From Minisyncoccia bacterium (GTDB taxonomy: Bacteria; Patescibacteriota; Minisyncoccia; SW-4-49-11), in assembly GCA_044356725.1 (NCBI GenBank), contig JBIKVS010000015.1, forward strand, positions 1 to 17,866: 17,866 nucleotides of DNA, written 5' to 3'. Positions 7,531 through 16,608 of this stretch are shown one piece after another (the stretch's first letter is position 1; each line of letters opens with the position of its first letter). Position numbers and translations under genes: made by a program. Under the pieces are notes generated by a model that worked only from the letters and a program-made list of their open reading frames with translations, made no database searches and was not told where the DNA came from.

Positions 7531-8946
7531 TTAATCTGCTTTACGGGGAGCTATTACTGCCCATGGAGTTTTGAGTAGGATTATTATATCTAGCCAGATA
7601 CTCCAGTTTTCTATATAAAAAGTGTCGTATAAGACTTCTTCTTCAAAGCTTAAATCTGACCTTCCGTTTATTTGTGCCATTCCTGTGATTCCTGGTTTGA
7701 TAGTTAGGACTTTTTTATGATGTTGTTTATACTTATCTACTTCTCTTGGCTGATGTGGTCTTGGCCCTACTAGGCTCATTGTACCTTGTAGTACATTGAA
7801 GAATTGTGGTAGCTCATCTATGCTGGTTCTCCTGATAAATTTACCTAATCTTGTGACTCGTGGGTCATCTTTGATTTTATATAATGGTCCTGATTTGGTG
7901 TTTTTCTCGGCTAATAGTTTTTGTTCTAATTCTATTGAGGCGGTATTTGTCTCATCTGTACACATATCTTGGTACATACTTCTGAATTTATAGACATTGA
8001 ACATTTTTTTAGCTACACCTACTCTTTTGTTTTTATATAGAATTGGTCCTGGTGAGTCTAATTTGATGGCTATAATTGTGAGTATATATATTGGGGATAA
8101 AATAATTATAGCAAGACTAGCTACTACTATGTCAAATATTCTTTTGTATATGCTGCCCCATCCTTCTAGAGTGGTTCTTTTAACTCTGAATAATAATACT
8201 CCTGAGAGGTTTTTTATTTCTACCTGGGTATACATATCGAATATATTGGGGACATATTGGAAGTCAATTTTATATTCCTCACATAGGTAGTTGACTTTGA
8301 TTAATTTATCCTGTTCTAAATTAGTATCGGCTAAGATCACTTCGTCTATCTGTTTTGTTATGATTAAATGTCTTAAATTTTTGAGATTTAATTCTTTTTG
8401 TATTTCTACAATTTGATAACTAAATCCTGCCTTGGTATTGAGTGCATCTAGGACTAATTTACCAGCTATATCATTACCCGTGATAATAGCTACTTTATGT
8501 ACACCCCATTTGTAATGTTTGGTTATATAGTCTTGGATTAAATGTAATGTCATCCTTCCTATCAATAATAGGGTAATTGACAGTATCCAGATTGAAATAA
8601 TTAAGAATCTAGATGAGAATATGTCTCTTGAGTAGAAAAAATAATATAAAATAATAATAAGAATAGTGGTGGATACAGAGCTTAAAATCCTATAGAATTC
8701 GACTACTATGGTTCGTGTTCTTCTTGTAATGTACATTCCTGAGAAAGCTAGAATAACTATAGTTATCATAGCGAATACTAAAACAAAGGCATTATACCAA
8801 CTATTGCTTAAATCGTATAAAATTGGTCTTGCCTCAACTGCAAAACTTGAAATTCTAATTTGATATGATAGAAATCCAGCTAAAATAATTAAAACAAAGT
8901 CTACTGGCACTCTGATTGCACTAAATAGTAGCTCAAATCTATTCAT
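7531..8946 (-). CDS. Polyprenyl-phosphate glycosylphosphotransferase (WcaJ/CpsE/WbaP-type initiating sugar transferase)
   Basis: Four N-terminal TM helices, a Rossmann-like middle domain, then KRIFDI+[37 protein letters not shown] and [13 protein letters not shown]. The start is moved to ATG 8946 (MNRFELL, 471 aa) because the ORF-track start at 9021 lies inside rnpB. Confidence 0.92.
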   Translation of the reverse strand: MNRFELLFSAIRVPVDFVLIILAGFLSYQIRISSFAVEARPILYDLSNSWYNAFVLVFAMITIVILAFSGMYITRRTRTIVVEFYRILSSVSTTILIIILYYFFYSRDIFSSRFLIISIWILSITLLLIGRMTLHLIQDYITKHYKWGVHKVAIITGNDIAGKLVLDALNTKAGFSYQIVEIQKELNLKNLRHLIITKQIDEVILADTNLEQDKLIKVNYLCEEYKIDFQYVPNIFDMYTQVEIKNLSGVLLFRVKRTTLEGWGSIYKRIFDIVVASLAIIILSPIYILTIIAIKLDSPGPILYKNKRVGVAKKMFNVYKFRSMYQDMCTDETNTASIELEQKLLAEKNTKSGPLYKIKDDPRVTRLGKFIRRTSIDELPQFFNVLQGTMSLVGPRPHQPREVDKYKQHHKKVLTIKPGITGMAQINGRSDLSFEEEVLYDTFYIENWSIWLDIIILLKTPWAVIAPRKAD

Positions 8947-8970
8947 ATTATTGTATTGATGATATATATA

Positions 8971-9306
8971 GTATCCAAGAAGAATATAAGCTGGATTCTG
9001 TTTAAGTATATTGTCTAGCAATATGACTTAAGGTAATCATTTATCTTGAAGTACTGTTACCAGTATTTTCTTGGCGGCACTCTTTTCATTGCTGAAAAGC
9101 ACGGCCTTGCACCTGATAGGGTTTATCTCTTTTCACCTTAGATGAGTTAAACTCAAATGTTTTGTCTCTGCGATACTTATCCCGCCTAAGTAAACTTAAG
9201 GATGGGTGTTACCCACTATCATTTATTAACCGAAGTTAATAGGTGTCCAGACTTTCCTCACTCACCATAAATATGGATATGCGCGATTACCATTCATCTT
9301 GGATAC
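8971..9306 (-). ncRNA. rnpB: Ribonuclease P RNA (catalytic subunit)
   Basis: Minus strand has GAGGAAAGUCUGGAC (from 9259) and ACAGAAUCCAGCUUAU (~9001-8986), with covarying P4 (CUGGA/UCCAG). P1 9292-9309 pairs with 8968-8985 (17/18). P2 GGUAAUC/GAUUACC (9285-9291 with 9032-9038). P5, P7, P8, GGUGAAA and a GUAA-capped P18 are present. Ends are approximate; the 5' end is inferred from the promoter. Confidence 0.95.
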
Positions 9307-9311
9307 TATTC

Positions 9312-9340
9312 ATTATAAAGATTTTTTCATAAAAGAGCAA
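9312..9340 (-). promoter_or_regulatory. Sigma70 promoter for rnpB
   Basis: Minus strand TTGCTC (9340-9335), 17-nt spacer, TATAAT (9317-9312), placing +1 near 9305-9306 within the P1 5' strand. Confidence 0.75.
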
Positions 9341-9344
9341 ATTT

Positions 9345-11177
9345 TTATTCTATACTTGATGCTATATCTACAATATTTAATTGTAATTCTCTATTACCAT
9401 TCCATTCATTTACTTCTAATCTGAAGACTAAATCAATAATATCATTACGATGTAATTCATCTATGATATTGCCAAAGTTAAACCCGATTGCATCTATAAG
9501 TAGAGGAGTTCCTATTTGGGCTTCGGAGGATAATTTTAATTTAATATGTTTCTGATCTGCTCCTATTACTTTTATATCTACTATTCTTAATTTTCTCACT
9601 AAGAATATTGGCACTGAGTTATTCATCCCAAATGGGGCTAACTTATAAAAAACATCATATAACTCCCAATTCACATCTTGAGCATTAACCTCCATATCGA
9701 TGTTTTTATATGGTTGTATATTATTAATATCTACTTGTGATCTTATCTCATCTCTAAAAAACTCTTTAATCTCATCTTTTTTATGATTGTCAAATGTGAT
9801 TCCAGCTGCTTGACTATGTCCTCCTCCAGAAATTAGCATATCTTCCATTTTCTGTATTGTTTGCGATATATCAAATTCAGGTATACTCCTAGCGGAGGCG
9901 ACACAGTGATGATTTTGTTCTTGATATAGAATTACTGGTCTATAATATTTTTCAACTAATCTAGAGGCTACTATACCCAGCACCCCAATTGACCAGTTTT
10001 TATCTCCTTCAAAAATTAAAGCTTGATGCTGTATATCTTCATAATTAGCTAATCTAGCTTCTACTTCCTTCAAAATATTTTCCGTGAGAGATTTACGATT
10101 ATCATTGAGTTTTTGCAATTCTTCTGCTAATTGTATAGCTTCATTTTTACTATCTGTAGTGAATAATTTAAAAGCTTGATTGGCATGGGCTATCCTTCCA
10201 GCTGCATTAATTCGTGGTGCTATCTGAAATCCTACCGAATAAACACTAATACTATTTCCTTCTACTCCATTAATTTCATCTACTTCTGGGGCAATTCCGG
10301 TTTTTTCAATTAGAGTCTTTAATCCAATATTACGGGTTTTGGCTAGAACATATAATCCATATCGTACAATAATTCTATTTTCTCCAACTAAAGGCACCAT
10401 ATCAGCAATAGTACCGATAGCAGCTAAGTCTAATAACCATTTCTCATAACCTAATGGTATAAAATCATAACCTAGCTGAGTTCTAGCCTCAGTTAGAAGA
10501 GCCGTAATAACTTTAAAAGCAAGGCCCGCTCCACATAGATCTTTGAATGGATATGGGTCTCCTTTTCTTTTAGGTACAATTATACCAAAAGCTGGTGGCA
10601 TTTCTTCTGGTACAGAGTGATGATCGATTACAATGACATCTATTCCTGACTCTTGTATAGCTTTAATTTCAGCCTTACTCCTCACCCCACAATCTACTGT
10701 TAGTACAAGGCTTGCTTTTGACTCTAGAATATAATTAACTCCATCGTCTTTAAGTCCATATCCCTCTTTATGTCTATCTGGGATATAGACTTGTATATAT
10801 TTTTCTATATCTTTATTAGAATTATTACCTAAATTCAACCTTCCTTGTTGATGTAAAGCTAGGAATGTAGTTTTAAGAGCTTGATACAAAACTGTACTTC
10901 CAGTGACTCCATCGGCGTCATAATCTCCAAATATAATAATTTTTTCTTTATTTTTTAAAGCCTGAATAATCCTATCTATACTTTTTTGCATATCCAGTAT
11001 TAGAAATGGATTTAGGAGGTCATGATAATCTGAGTTAATAAAATTATCAATATCTAATTCTGATTTTATTTCCCTATTCCAAAGTAATTGTAGAATAATT
11101 GGATTTATTTCTGGATATTGAGATATAATATCTTTCTCTATTTTAGGATTAATATGCCATTTATACTTTGCCTTCAT
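9345..11177 (-). CDS. recJ: Single-stranded-DNA-specific exonuclease RecJ
   Basis: DHH-family motifs GDYDADG, TVDCG, IDHH, AIGTIADMVPL, PRINAAGR, SARS and GGGH, plus a C-terminal OB fold (PFGMNN...NEWNG...LQL). Confidence 0.97.
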   Translation of the reverse strand: MKAKYKWHINPKIEKDIISQYPEINPIILQLLWNREIKSELDIDNFINSDYHDLLNPFLILDMQKSIDRIIQALKNKEKIIIFGDYDADGVTGSTVLYQALKTTFLALHQQGRLNLGNNSNKDIEKYIQVYIPDRHKEGYGLKDDGVNYILESKASLVLTVDCGVRSKAEIKAIQESGIDVIVIDHHSVPEEMPPAFGIIVPKRKGDPYPFKDLCGAGLAFKVITALLTEARTQLGYDFIPLGYEKWLLDLAAIGTIADMVPLVGENRIIVRYGLYVLAKTRNIGLKTLIEKTGIAPEVDEINGVEGNSISVYSVGFQIAPRINAAGRIAHANQAFKLFTTDSKNEAIQLAEELQKLNDNRKSLTENILKEVEARLANYEDIQHQALIFEGDKNWSIGVLGIVASRLVEKYYRPVILYQEQNHHCVASARSIPEFDISQTIQKMEDMLISGGGHSQAAGITFDNHKKDEIKEFFRDEIRSQVDINNIQPYKNIDMEVNAQDVNWELYDVFYKLAPFGMNNSVPIFLVRKLRIVDIKVIGADQKHIKLKLSSEAQIGTPLLIDAIGFNFGNIIDELHRNDIIDLVFRLEVNEWNGNRELQLNIVDIASSIE

Positions 11178-11186
11178 AATTAAATT

Positions 11187-12149
11187 TTAATTATCTTCAC
11201 AATCTAATTCAATAAAAAAAGTATATGGCTTTAAATCTTTACTCAATACAACTTTGATTGGTATACCGTCATTGTATTTGTATTCAATGCAATCTTCACC
11301 AAAAAATGCCCCTATGAATTTAGAATAATCTGGGGAATCTTTTTTTATTATTAGTTGATATGTTTTATCCTGAGCGTTCAAAATATCTAATATTTGGTTG
11401 AATATATTATTAGGTGTGCTTTGTCCTCTTATAATAAAATATTTAACTCCTAGCTGTCTTGACATTTCTATATCTTCTGCCCTACCCCAATGACTAAATA
11501 AAACCATAGGTATATGTTTTTTATCTGATAATTGTTGTACCTCTTGAAATAATTCAAATCCTGTCTTGTTAGGCATATAAATACCTGAAAAGATTAAATC
11601 ATAACTATTATTTTGAATTTTATTTAATCCATCCAAACCATCAACTGCCTCTTCTACTATAATGTTAGAATCTTGAGAAAATCTATCTACATATAGAGAG
11701 CGTATTTCTGGCTTATCTTCAACTATTAATATCTTATAGGTTTTAGTGTGGAATGTTTTAATATTGTCATTCTGATCAAGAATATCTTTAATCTGTAATG
11801 CTATTTCATCTGGTGTAGTGGTTCCTCTAATAATAAAGTTACTTATTCCTAAGTCTTTTGCCTTCTTTATATCTTCAACTCTTCCTAAATGACTAAATAT
11901 GACAAATGGTATACTAGCTAAATTACTATCAGCTTGTAAATCTTGAAACAATTCAAATCCTGTCTTATTAGGCATTTGAATTCCTGAGAAAATTAAATTA
12001 TATTTATTTGACTTAACTTTATTCAAACCATCTAACCCATCTACCGCTGTATCGACTGAAATTTCTATATCTTGATTTAATCTTTCAAGGTATATTGTCC
12101 TGATTAATGGATCATCTTCAACTATTAAAATTTTATATTTTTTTTCCAT
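11187..12149 (-). CDS. Tandem receiver (REC) domain protein; both domains lack the phospho-acceptor Asp
   Basis: Two ~133-aa REC repeats (YKILIVED...AVDGLDGL...LIFSGIxMPNKTGFELFQ...FSHxGR...FIIRG) plus a short C-terminal tail. Confidence 0.9.
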   Translation of the reverse strand: MEKKYKILIVEDDPLIRTIYLERLNQDIEISVDTAVDGLDGLNKVKSNKYNLIFSGIQMPNKTGFELFQDLQADSNLASIPFVIFSHLGRVEDIKKAKDLGISNFIIRGTTTPDEIALQIKDILDQNDNIKTFHTKTYKILIVEDKPEIRSLYVDRFSQDSNIIVEEAVDGLDGLNKIQNNSYDLIFSGIYMPNKTGFELFQEVQQLSDKKHIPMVLFSHWGRAEDIEMSRQLGVKYFIIRGQSTPNNIFNQILDILNAQDKTYQLIIKKDSPDYSKFIGAFFGEDCIEYKYNDGIPIKVVLSKDLKPYTFFIELDCEDN

Positions 12150-12158
12150 ATTTTTAAT

Positions 12159-13403
12159 TTAAAAGTAATATATTTCTAATAATCGATTATATTTACTGAC
12201 TCTCTCCGCTCTAGCAGGAGCTCCTGACTTTATATATGCAGCTGATACTCCTACAGCTAAATCTGCTATAAAAGTGTCTATTGTATCTCCACTGCGATGA
12301 GATATCATAGTAGTTAGATTATTATTATGTGCTAAGTGGATTGCATCTAAAGTCTCTGTTAATGTTCCAATTTGATTGGGTTTGATTAATACAGAGCTAC
12401 ATAATTGTTGCTCAATTGCATCTTTGATTCTTTCTGTATTAGTTACCAATAAGTCATCCCCTACTATACGTAAAGTATTATCAGTTATCTTTTGAAAATC
12501 TTTCCAGCTTGAGTAATCATCTTCAGAAAATGGATCTTCTATTGAAACTATAGGATATTTTTGTAGCCAAGTACTATATATCTTAGATAATTCCTGACCT
12601 GAATAAGTTTGTTTATCAAAATTATATTTCTGCAAATTACTATCGAAAAACTCAGTAGCCGCCACATCTAAAGCTAACGAACAATCTATACCGGGAGTAT
12701 AACCTGATTCTTGGATAGCCTGTACTAATAATTCAAGACCAGCTTCATTATTATCTAATCTTGGAGCAAAGCCACCTTCATCTCCAACTGAAACTATCTG
12801 TCCATTTTTAACTAGAATCTTTTTCAAAGTATGATATATTTCAGAGCCAATACGAATGTTTTCATCAATATTATTTCTAAGCGGCATAATCATATATTCC
12901 TGTATATCCAAACCTGAATCAGCATGTTTGCCACCATTTAGGACATTAAATCCAATTTTTGGGAATGATATAGATGAGTTTAGGTTGGGATTAAAGATAT
13001 TTTTGATATATTGATATAACTCTATATTTTGCGATATAGCAGCTGCTTTAGCTACCGCTAATGAAACTGCTAATATTGAGTTAGCCCCTAATGTTGATTT
13101 GTTATTAGTACCATCTAAGTCTAATAAAATTTGGTCAATATTTTTTTGATCATAAGCATCTTTATTTAGTAAAGCTTGTTTGATTATTGTATTAATATTA
13201 TCGACAGCGGACAATACACCTAAACCGTTATAACGATTTTTATCCTCATCTCTTAATTCCACTGCTTCATGAGAACCTGTAGATGCTCCTGATGGGACAT
13301 AAGCTTGTGCTTTAGAACCATCCGATAATTCGACTGAACAGGCTGTTGTTGGATTTCCTCGAGAATCTAATATCTCATATCCTTGAATATTTTTAATTTC
13401 CAT
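12159..13403 (-). CDS. eno: Enolase (phosphopyruvate hydratase)
   Basis: EILDSRGNPT, VPSGASTG, NGGKHA, VGDEGGFAP, SIEDPF, VGDDLLVTN, LIKPNQIGTLTE, SHRSG and KYNRLL. Confidence 0.98.
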   Translation of the reverse strand: MEIKNIQGYEILDSRGNPTTACSVELSDGSKAQAYVPSGASTGSHEAVELRDEDKNRYNGLGVLSAVDNINTIIKQALLNKDAYDQKNIDQILLDLDGTNNKSTLGANSILAVSLAVAKAAAISQNIELYQYIKNIFNPNLNSSISFPKIGFNVLNGGKHADSGLDIQEYMIMPLRNNIDENIRIGSEIYHTLKKILVKNGQIVSVGDEGGFAPRLDNNEAGLELLVQAIQESGYTPGIDCSLALDVAATEFFDSNLQKYNFDKQTYSGQELSKIYSTWLQKYPIVSIEDPFSEDDYSSWKDFQKITDNTLRIVGDDLLVTNTERIKDAIEQQLCSSVLIKPNQIGTLTETLDAIHLAHNNNLTTMISHRSGDTIDTFIADLAVGVSAAYIKSGAPARAERVSKYNRLLEIYYF

Positions 13404-13404
13404 A

Positions 13405-14031
13405 TTATTGTCTATAAATTGTTTTTTGTAAGGTTTTTAATAATTGATTGTCTTTTTGTACTGCTAATTCGATTCTATTTTCACCTTCTCTTAAGTTTAA
13501 GAATACTTCAAAATTACCATCTTCTTTAATTGTAACCTTTTGTCCATTCAATGTCAACTGACTAGCCCGTGATAAATTACCAGTTAATTTATATTCCTCT
13601 TGATCATAAAATTGATAAAATGTATCATTATCAAGCTTAATTGCTGGACTGTATGCAATTTGATAGACTTGAAGTACAAGATAACTCAAGATAACTCCAC
13701 CTATCATCATAAGTCCACCAAATTTAAATATTTGGTAGTTTATAACTAATTTAGTATTATTTTCATTTTGCTTGGTACTTATATAAGTATCGTACTCTTT
13801 ATGATATAACTCCACCAAACTACTATATTTTAAACCTAACACATAACTTAATTTTCTAATAATTGGCAAAGCTTGATTAAATGATGTGAAAATTTTATAA
13901 TTTCCTTTTTCTAAGGCTATAATATAGTCAACTTCTGTCGATATTTTATGGGATAGTTTATCTATATCTATACCAAATTTATTTCTATATTTTCTTAATA
14001 TATAGCCTAGACTTATTTTATTCTTATTCAT
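13405..14031 (-). CDS. RodZ-like protein: N-terminal XRE-type HTH, single TM, C-terminal Ig-like domain
   Basis: LGYILRKYR...YIIALEKGNY...LSYVLGL HTH, a TM at aa ~100-125, and a beta-rich tail (LTLNGQ...DGNF...LREGENRI). It sits directly downstream of ftsK, the usual ftsK-rodZ synteny. Confidence 0.75.
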   Translation of the reverse strand: MNKNKISLGYILRKYRNKFGIDIDKLSHKISTEVDYIIALEKGNYKIFTSFNQALPIIRKLSYVLGLKYSSLVELYHKEYDTYISTKQNENNTKLVINYQIFKFGGLMMIGGVILSYLVLQVYQIAYSPAIKLDNDTFYQFYDQEEYKLTGNLSRASQLTLNGQKVTIKEDGNFEVFLNLREGENRIELAVQKDNQLLKTLQKTIYRQ

Positions 14032-16174
14032 TATCTATAGTATGTTTTTCTATCAATACATCTCTTGGTTTAGACCCTTCAGCTGGTCCGACTATACCGG
14101 CTTCTTCCAATTCATCTAATAATCTAGCAGCTCTAGCATATCCAACCTTTAATCTTCTCTGTAAAAGAGATGCTGATCCTTTACCTGATTGTAAAACTAA
14201 ATCTTTAGCTTCCTCAAATAGATTATCATTTCCTTCACTACCATAGTCTACTCCACCATCATAATAAATTTGTTTTGGAGATTCTGACTCTGTAATAGAA
14301 GTGTCATATTCATTTTCTCCCTGACTTTTTAGCCATTTTACTACTGACTTTACTTCATTTTCTGGTACAAAAGGACCTTGTATTCTTTGTGGTTTACCTA
14401 AATCTCCACCTAGAAATAACATATCTCCCATTCCTAATAATTTTTCAGCTCCCATCATATCTAGCACTGTTCTAGAATCAATTTGGGAAGCTACTTGGAA
14501 GCTGACTCTAGATGGCAAATTAGCTTTGATAAGTCCAGTAATAACATCAGTTGATGGCCTCTGTGTAGCCAAAATCAAATGAATACCAACTGCTCTGGCC
14601 ATCTGTGCTATTCTCACGATTGAGCCTTCTACTTCTTTTTTATGACTACTCATTAAATCAGCTAACTCATCAATTACAACCACAATAAAAGGCATTAACT
14701 CATATTCGTGTTCATCTTCTGATTTCAAAGCACCAGATACAACTTTTTCATTATAGGTAAATATATTACGGGCTCCAACTCTGGCTAAAGTTTCATATCG
14801 TCTTTCCATTTCTCCTACACACCAATTCAGAGCATTCATAGCCTTGTCTGGACTCACAATAGCTGGAGTTAAAAGATGTGGAATCCCATTATATGTAGAT
14901 AATTCTACTCTTTTAGGGTCTATAAATATAAATTTCAACTTAGAAGGCGGGTTTTTATAAAGCATACTCAGAATCATAGCATTAAGACCCATCGACTTAC
15001 CGGCTCCAGTAGCTCCGGCAATTAATAAATGTGGCATTTTTTCTAATGGAAAAACAATGACTTTATTCATAACATCTCTACCTAAAGCAAGTGGTAGATG
15101 AAAGTCATTGTCATTAAACTCTTTAGATTCCATAATTTCACGCATTCTGACTGTTGCTCTTTTAGCATTTGGGGTCTCAACACCAACATAAGACATCCCT
15201 GGAATTGGAGCTTCAATACGAATAGATTGTGCGGCCATAGCTAAAGCCAAATCATTTTGTAATGAAGTAATACGTGATAATTTAATACCATTTGAAGGTC
15301 TCAACATAAATCTAGTTACTGATGGTCCCACATCTATCTTGCCCATTTCGACCTCAATACCAAAGGTTGATAATGTACTCTTAATGATTTCTGAACTTTT
15401 TTTGGTATCACCACTCTTTGGGACATCATCTGATTTACCTTTTTCTAATAAATCTATTGTGGGTAGACTAAACTGATTTTCTTTCATCCATTCAGGCACT
15501 TTATTATTTATGACCTTATTATTCTCAGAGTTGCTTTTATCAGAGACTTCCTCTGTTTCAGATTTTTGATTAAAGATTCGGCTGGGTTGAACTTGATTAT
15601 TTTCTTTGATGCTAGAGTTATCATTATCTATTTGTTCATCTTTAGCAAATAGACTCTTAATCCATTCAAGTAATCCATCAATGTGTATTGCTCTATTTAA
15701 TACTATAATAGCTGCAATACTCATACCCGTTATTATAACTATAGCTCCACCAATTTCACCAAATATATATTGCATCAATGAATTAATATAATAACCAATA
15801 GTTCCCCCTCCTATACCATTCTTAGCATTGACTAAAGCTTCTTCCGAATTATCAAATTGTAAAAACTGCAATAAACCTAATAATAATATGAATAAAACAA
15901 ATAAAGCTACAAGATTTATATAATATAAACCTGTAACAGTTTTAGGTTTTATTAGTAACTTAATACCAATATATAATAATACAAATGGTAATATAAATTT
16001 CCCTATACCAAATAAAAATCCAAAGCTAGTATTGATACTACTTCCAAAAACTCCTGCTGAAGAAAAAAAAGATAAAAAACTTAAAATAGCAAAGGCAACG
16101 AAGATAACCCCAAAGATAGTTCTCTTAGCTTCACTTTTAATTTTTGGTTTGGAACTAGTCTGTGTTTTGGGCAT
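14024..16174 (-). CDS. ftsK: DNA translocase FtsK/SpoIIIE
   Basis: N-terminal 4TM domain, alpha domain (GPSVTRF, IRIEAPIPG), Walker A GATGAGKS, Walker B VVIDELAD, ATQRPS, and gamma domain SASLLQRRLKVGYARAARLLDELE. Confidence 0.97.
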   Translation of the reverse strand: MPKTQTSSKPKIKSEAKRTIFGVIFVAFAILSFLSFFSSAGVFGSSINTSFGFLFGIGKFILPFVLLYIGIKLLIKPKTVTGLYYINLVALFVLFILLLGLLQFLQFDNSEEALVNAKNGIGGGTIGYYINSLMQYIFGEIGGAIVIITGMSIAAIIVLNRAIHIDGLLEWIKSLFAKDEQIDNDNSSIKENNQVQPSRIFNQKSETEEVSDKSNSENNKVINNKVPEWMKENQFSLPTIDLLEKGKSDDVPKSGDTKKSSEIIKSTLSTFGIEVEMGKIDVGPSVTRFMLRPSNGIKLSRITSLQNDLALAMAAQSIRIEAPIPGMSYVGVETPNAKRATVRMREIMESKEFNDNDFHLPLALGRDVMNKVIVFPLEKMPHLLIAGATGAGKSMGLNAMILSMLYKNPPSKLKFIFIDPKRVELSTYNGIPHLLTPAIVSPDKAMNALNWCVGEMERRYETLARVGARNIFTYNEKVVSGALKSEDEHEYELMPFIVVVIDELADLMSSHKKEVEGSIVRIAQMARAVGIHLILATQRPSTDVITGLIKANLPSRVSFQVASQIDSRTVLDMMGAEKLLGMGDMLFLGGDLGKPQRIQGPFVPENEVKSVVKWLKSQGENEYDTSITESESPKQIYYDGGVDYGSEGNDNLFEEAKDLVLQSGKGSASLLQRRLKVGYARAARLLDELEEAGIVGPAEGSKPRDVLIEKHTIDNE

Positions 16175-16177
16175 AAT

Positions 16178-16555
16178 TTAGTACTTGAATTTATTTTGTA
16201 AATCTACTATTTCTTGCTCTGTAACTTTAGTGTGCACTAACATATCTCCTGGATGATTAATAGGAATCAAATGTATATGTACATGATTTACTTCTAATCC
16301 TTCAACTTTAATTGCAATTTTTTTAGCTTGCGTGATTTCTTGTAAACGAGTAGATATATTTTTGACATACTCCCATAATTTATGATATATAATTTCATCT
16401 AAATCAAAGATATAATCTGTTTCATCATACGGTATTACTAGTAAATGTCCTAATTGAATTGGATTATTGGTATGAATTACAAAAAATTCTCCATTGTCAT
16501 CAAATATAAATCCTGGTATTTCTTTCTCTCTTATTTTTGTAAATATAGTAGCCAT
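16178..16555 (-). CDS. HIT (histidine triad) family nucleotide hydrolase
   Basis: TIFTKI..EIP, GHLLVIP and the triad HVHIHLIP. Confidence 0.93.
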   Translation of the reverse strand: MATIFTKIREKEIPGFIFDDNGEFFVIHTNNPIQLGHLLVIPYDETDYIFDLDEIIYHKLWEYVKNISTRLQEITQAKKIAIKVEGLEVNHVHIHLIPINHPGDMLVHTKVTEQEIVDLQNKFKY

Positions 16556-16582
16556 ACTTAAAAATATCTAATCTATAAATCT

Positions 16583-16591
16583 ATTATATCA
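16583..16591 (-). promoter_or_regulatory. Extended -10 promoter upstream of the HIT-ftsK-rodZ-eno-REC-recJ run
   Basis: TG-a-TATAAT on the minus strand. The 13-mer TATGATATAATAG is identical to that in the giant-gene promoter (7485-7497). No clear -35. Confidence 0.55.
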
Positions 16592-16608
16592 TAATAGACG
16601 AAAAAATT

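Noticed and set aside
7796-8290. Plus-strand ORFs 7796-7993 and 7997-8290
   Set aside because: Antisense to the conserved sugar-transferase domain.
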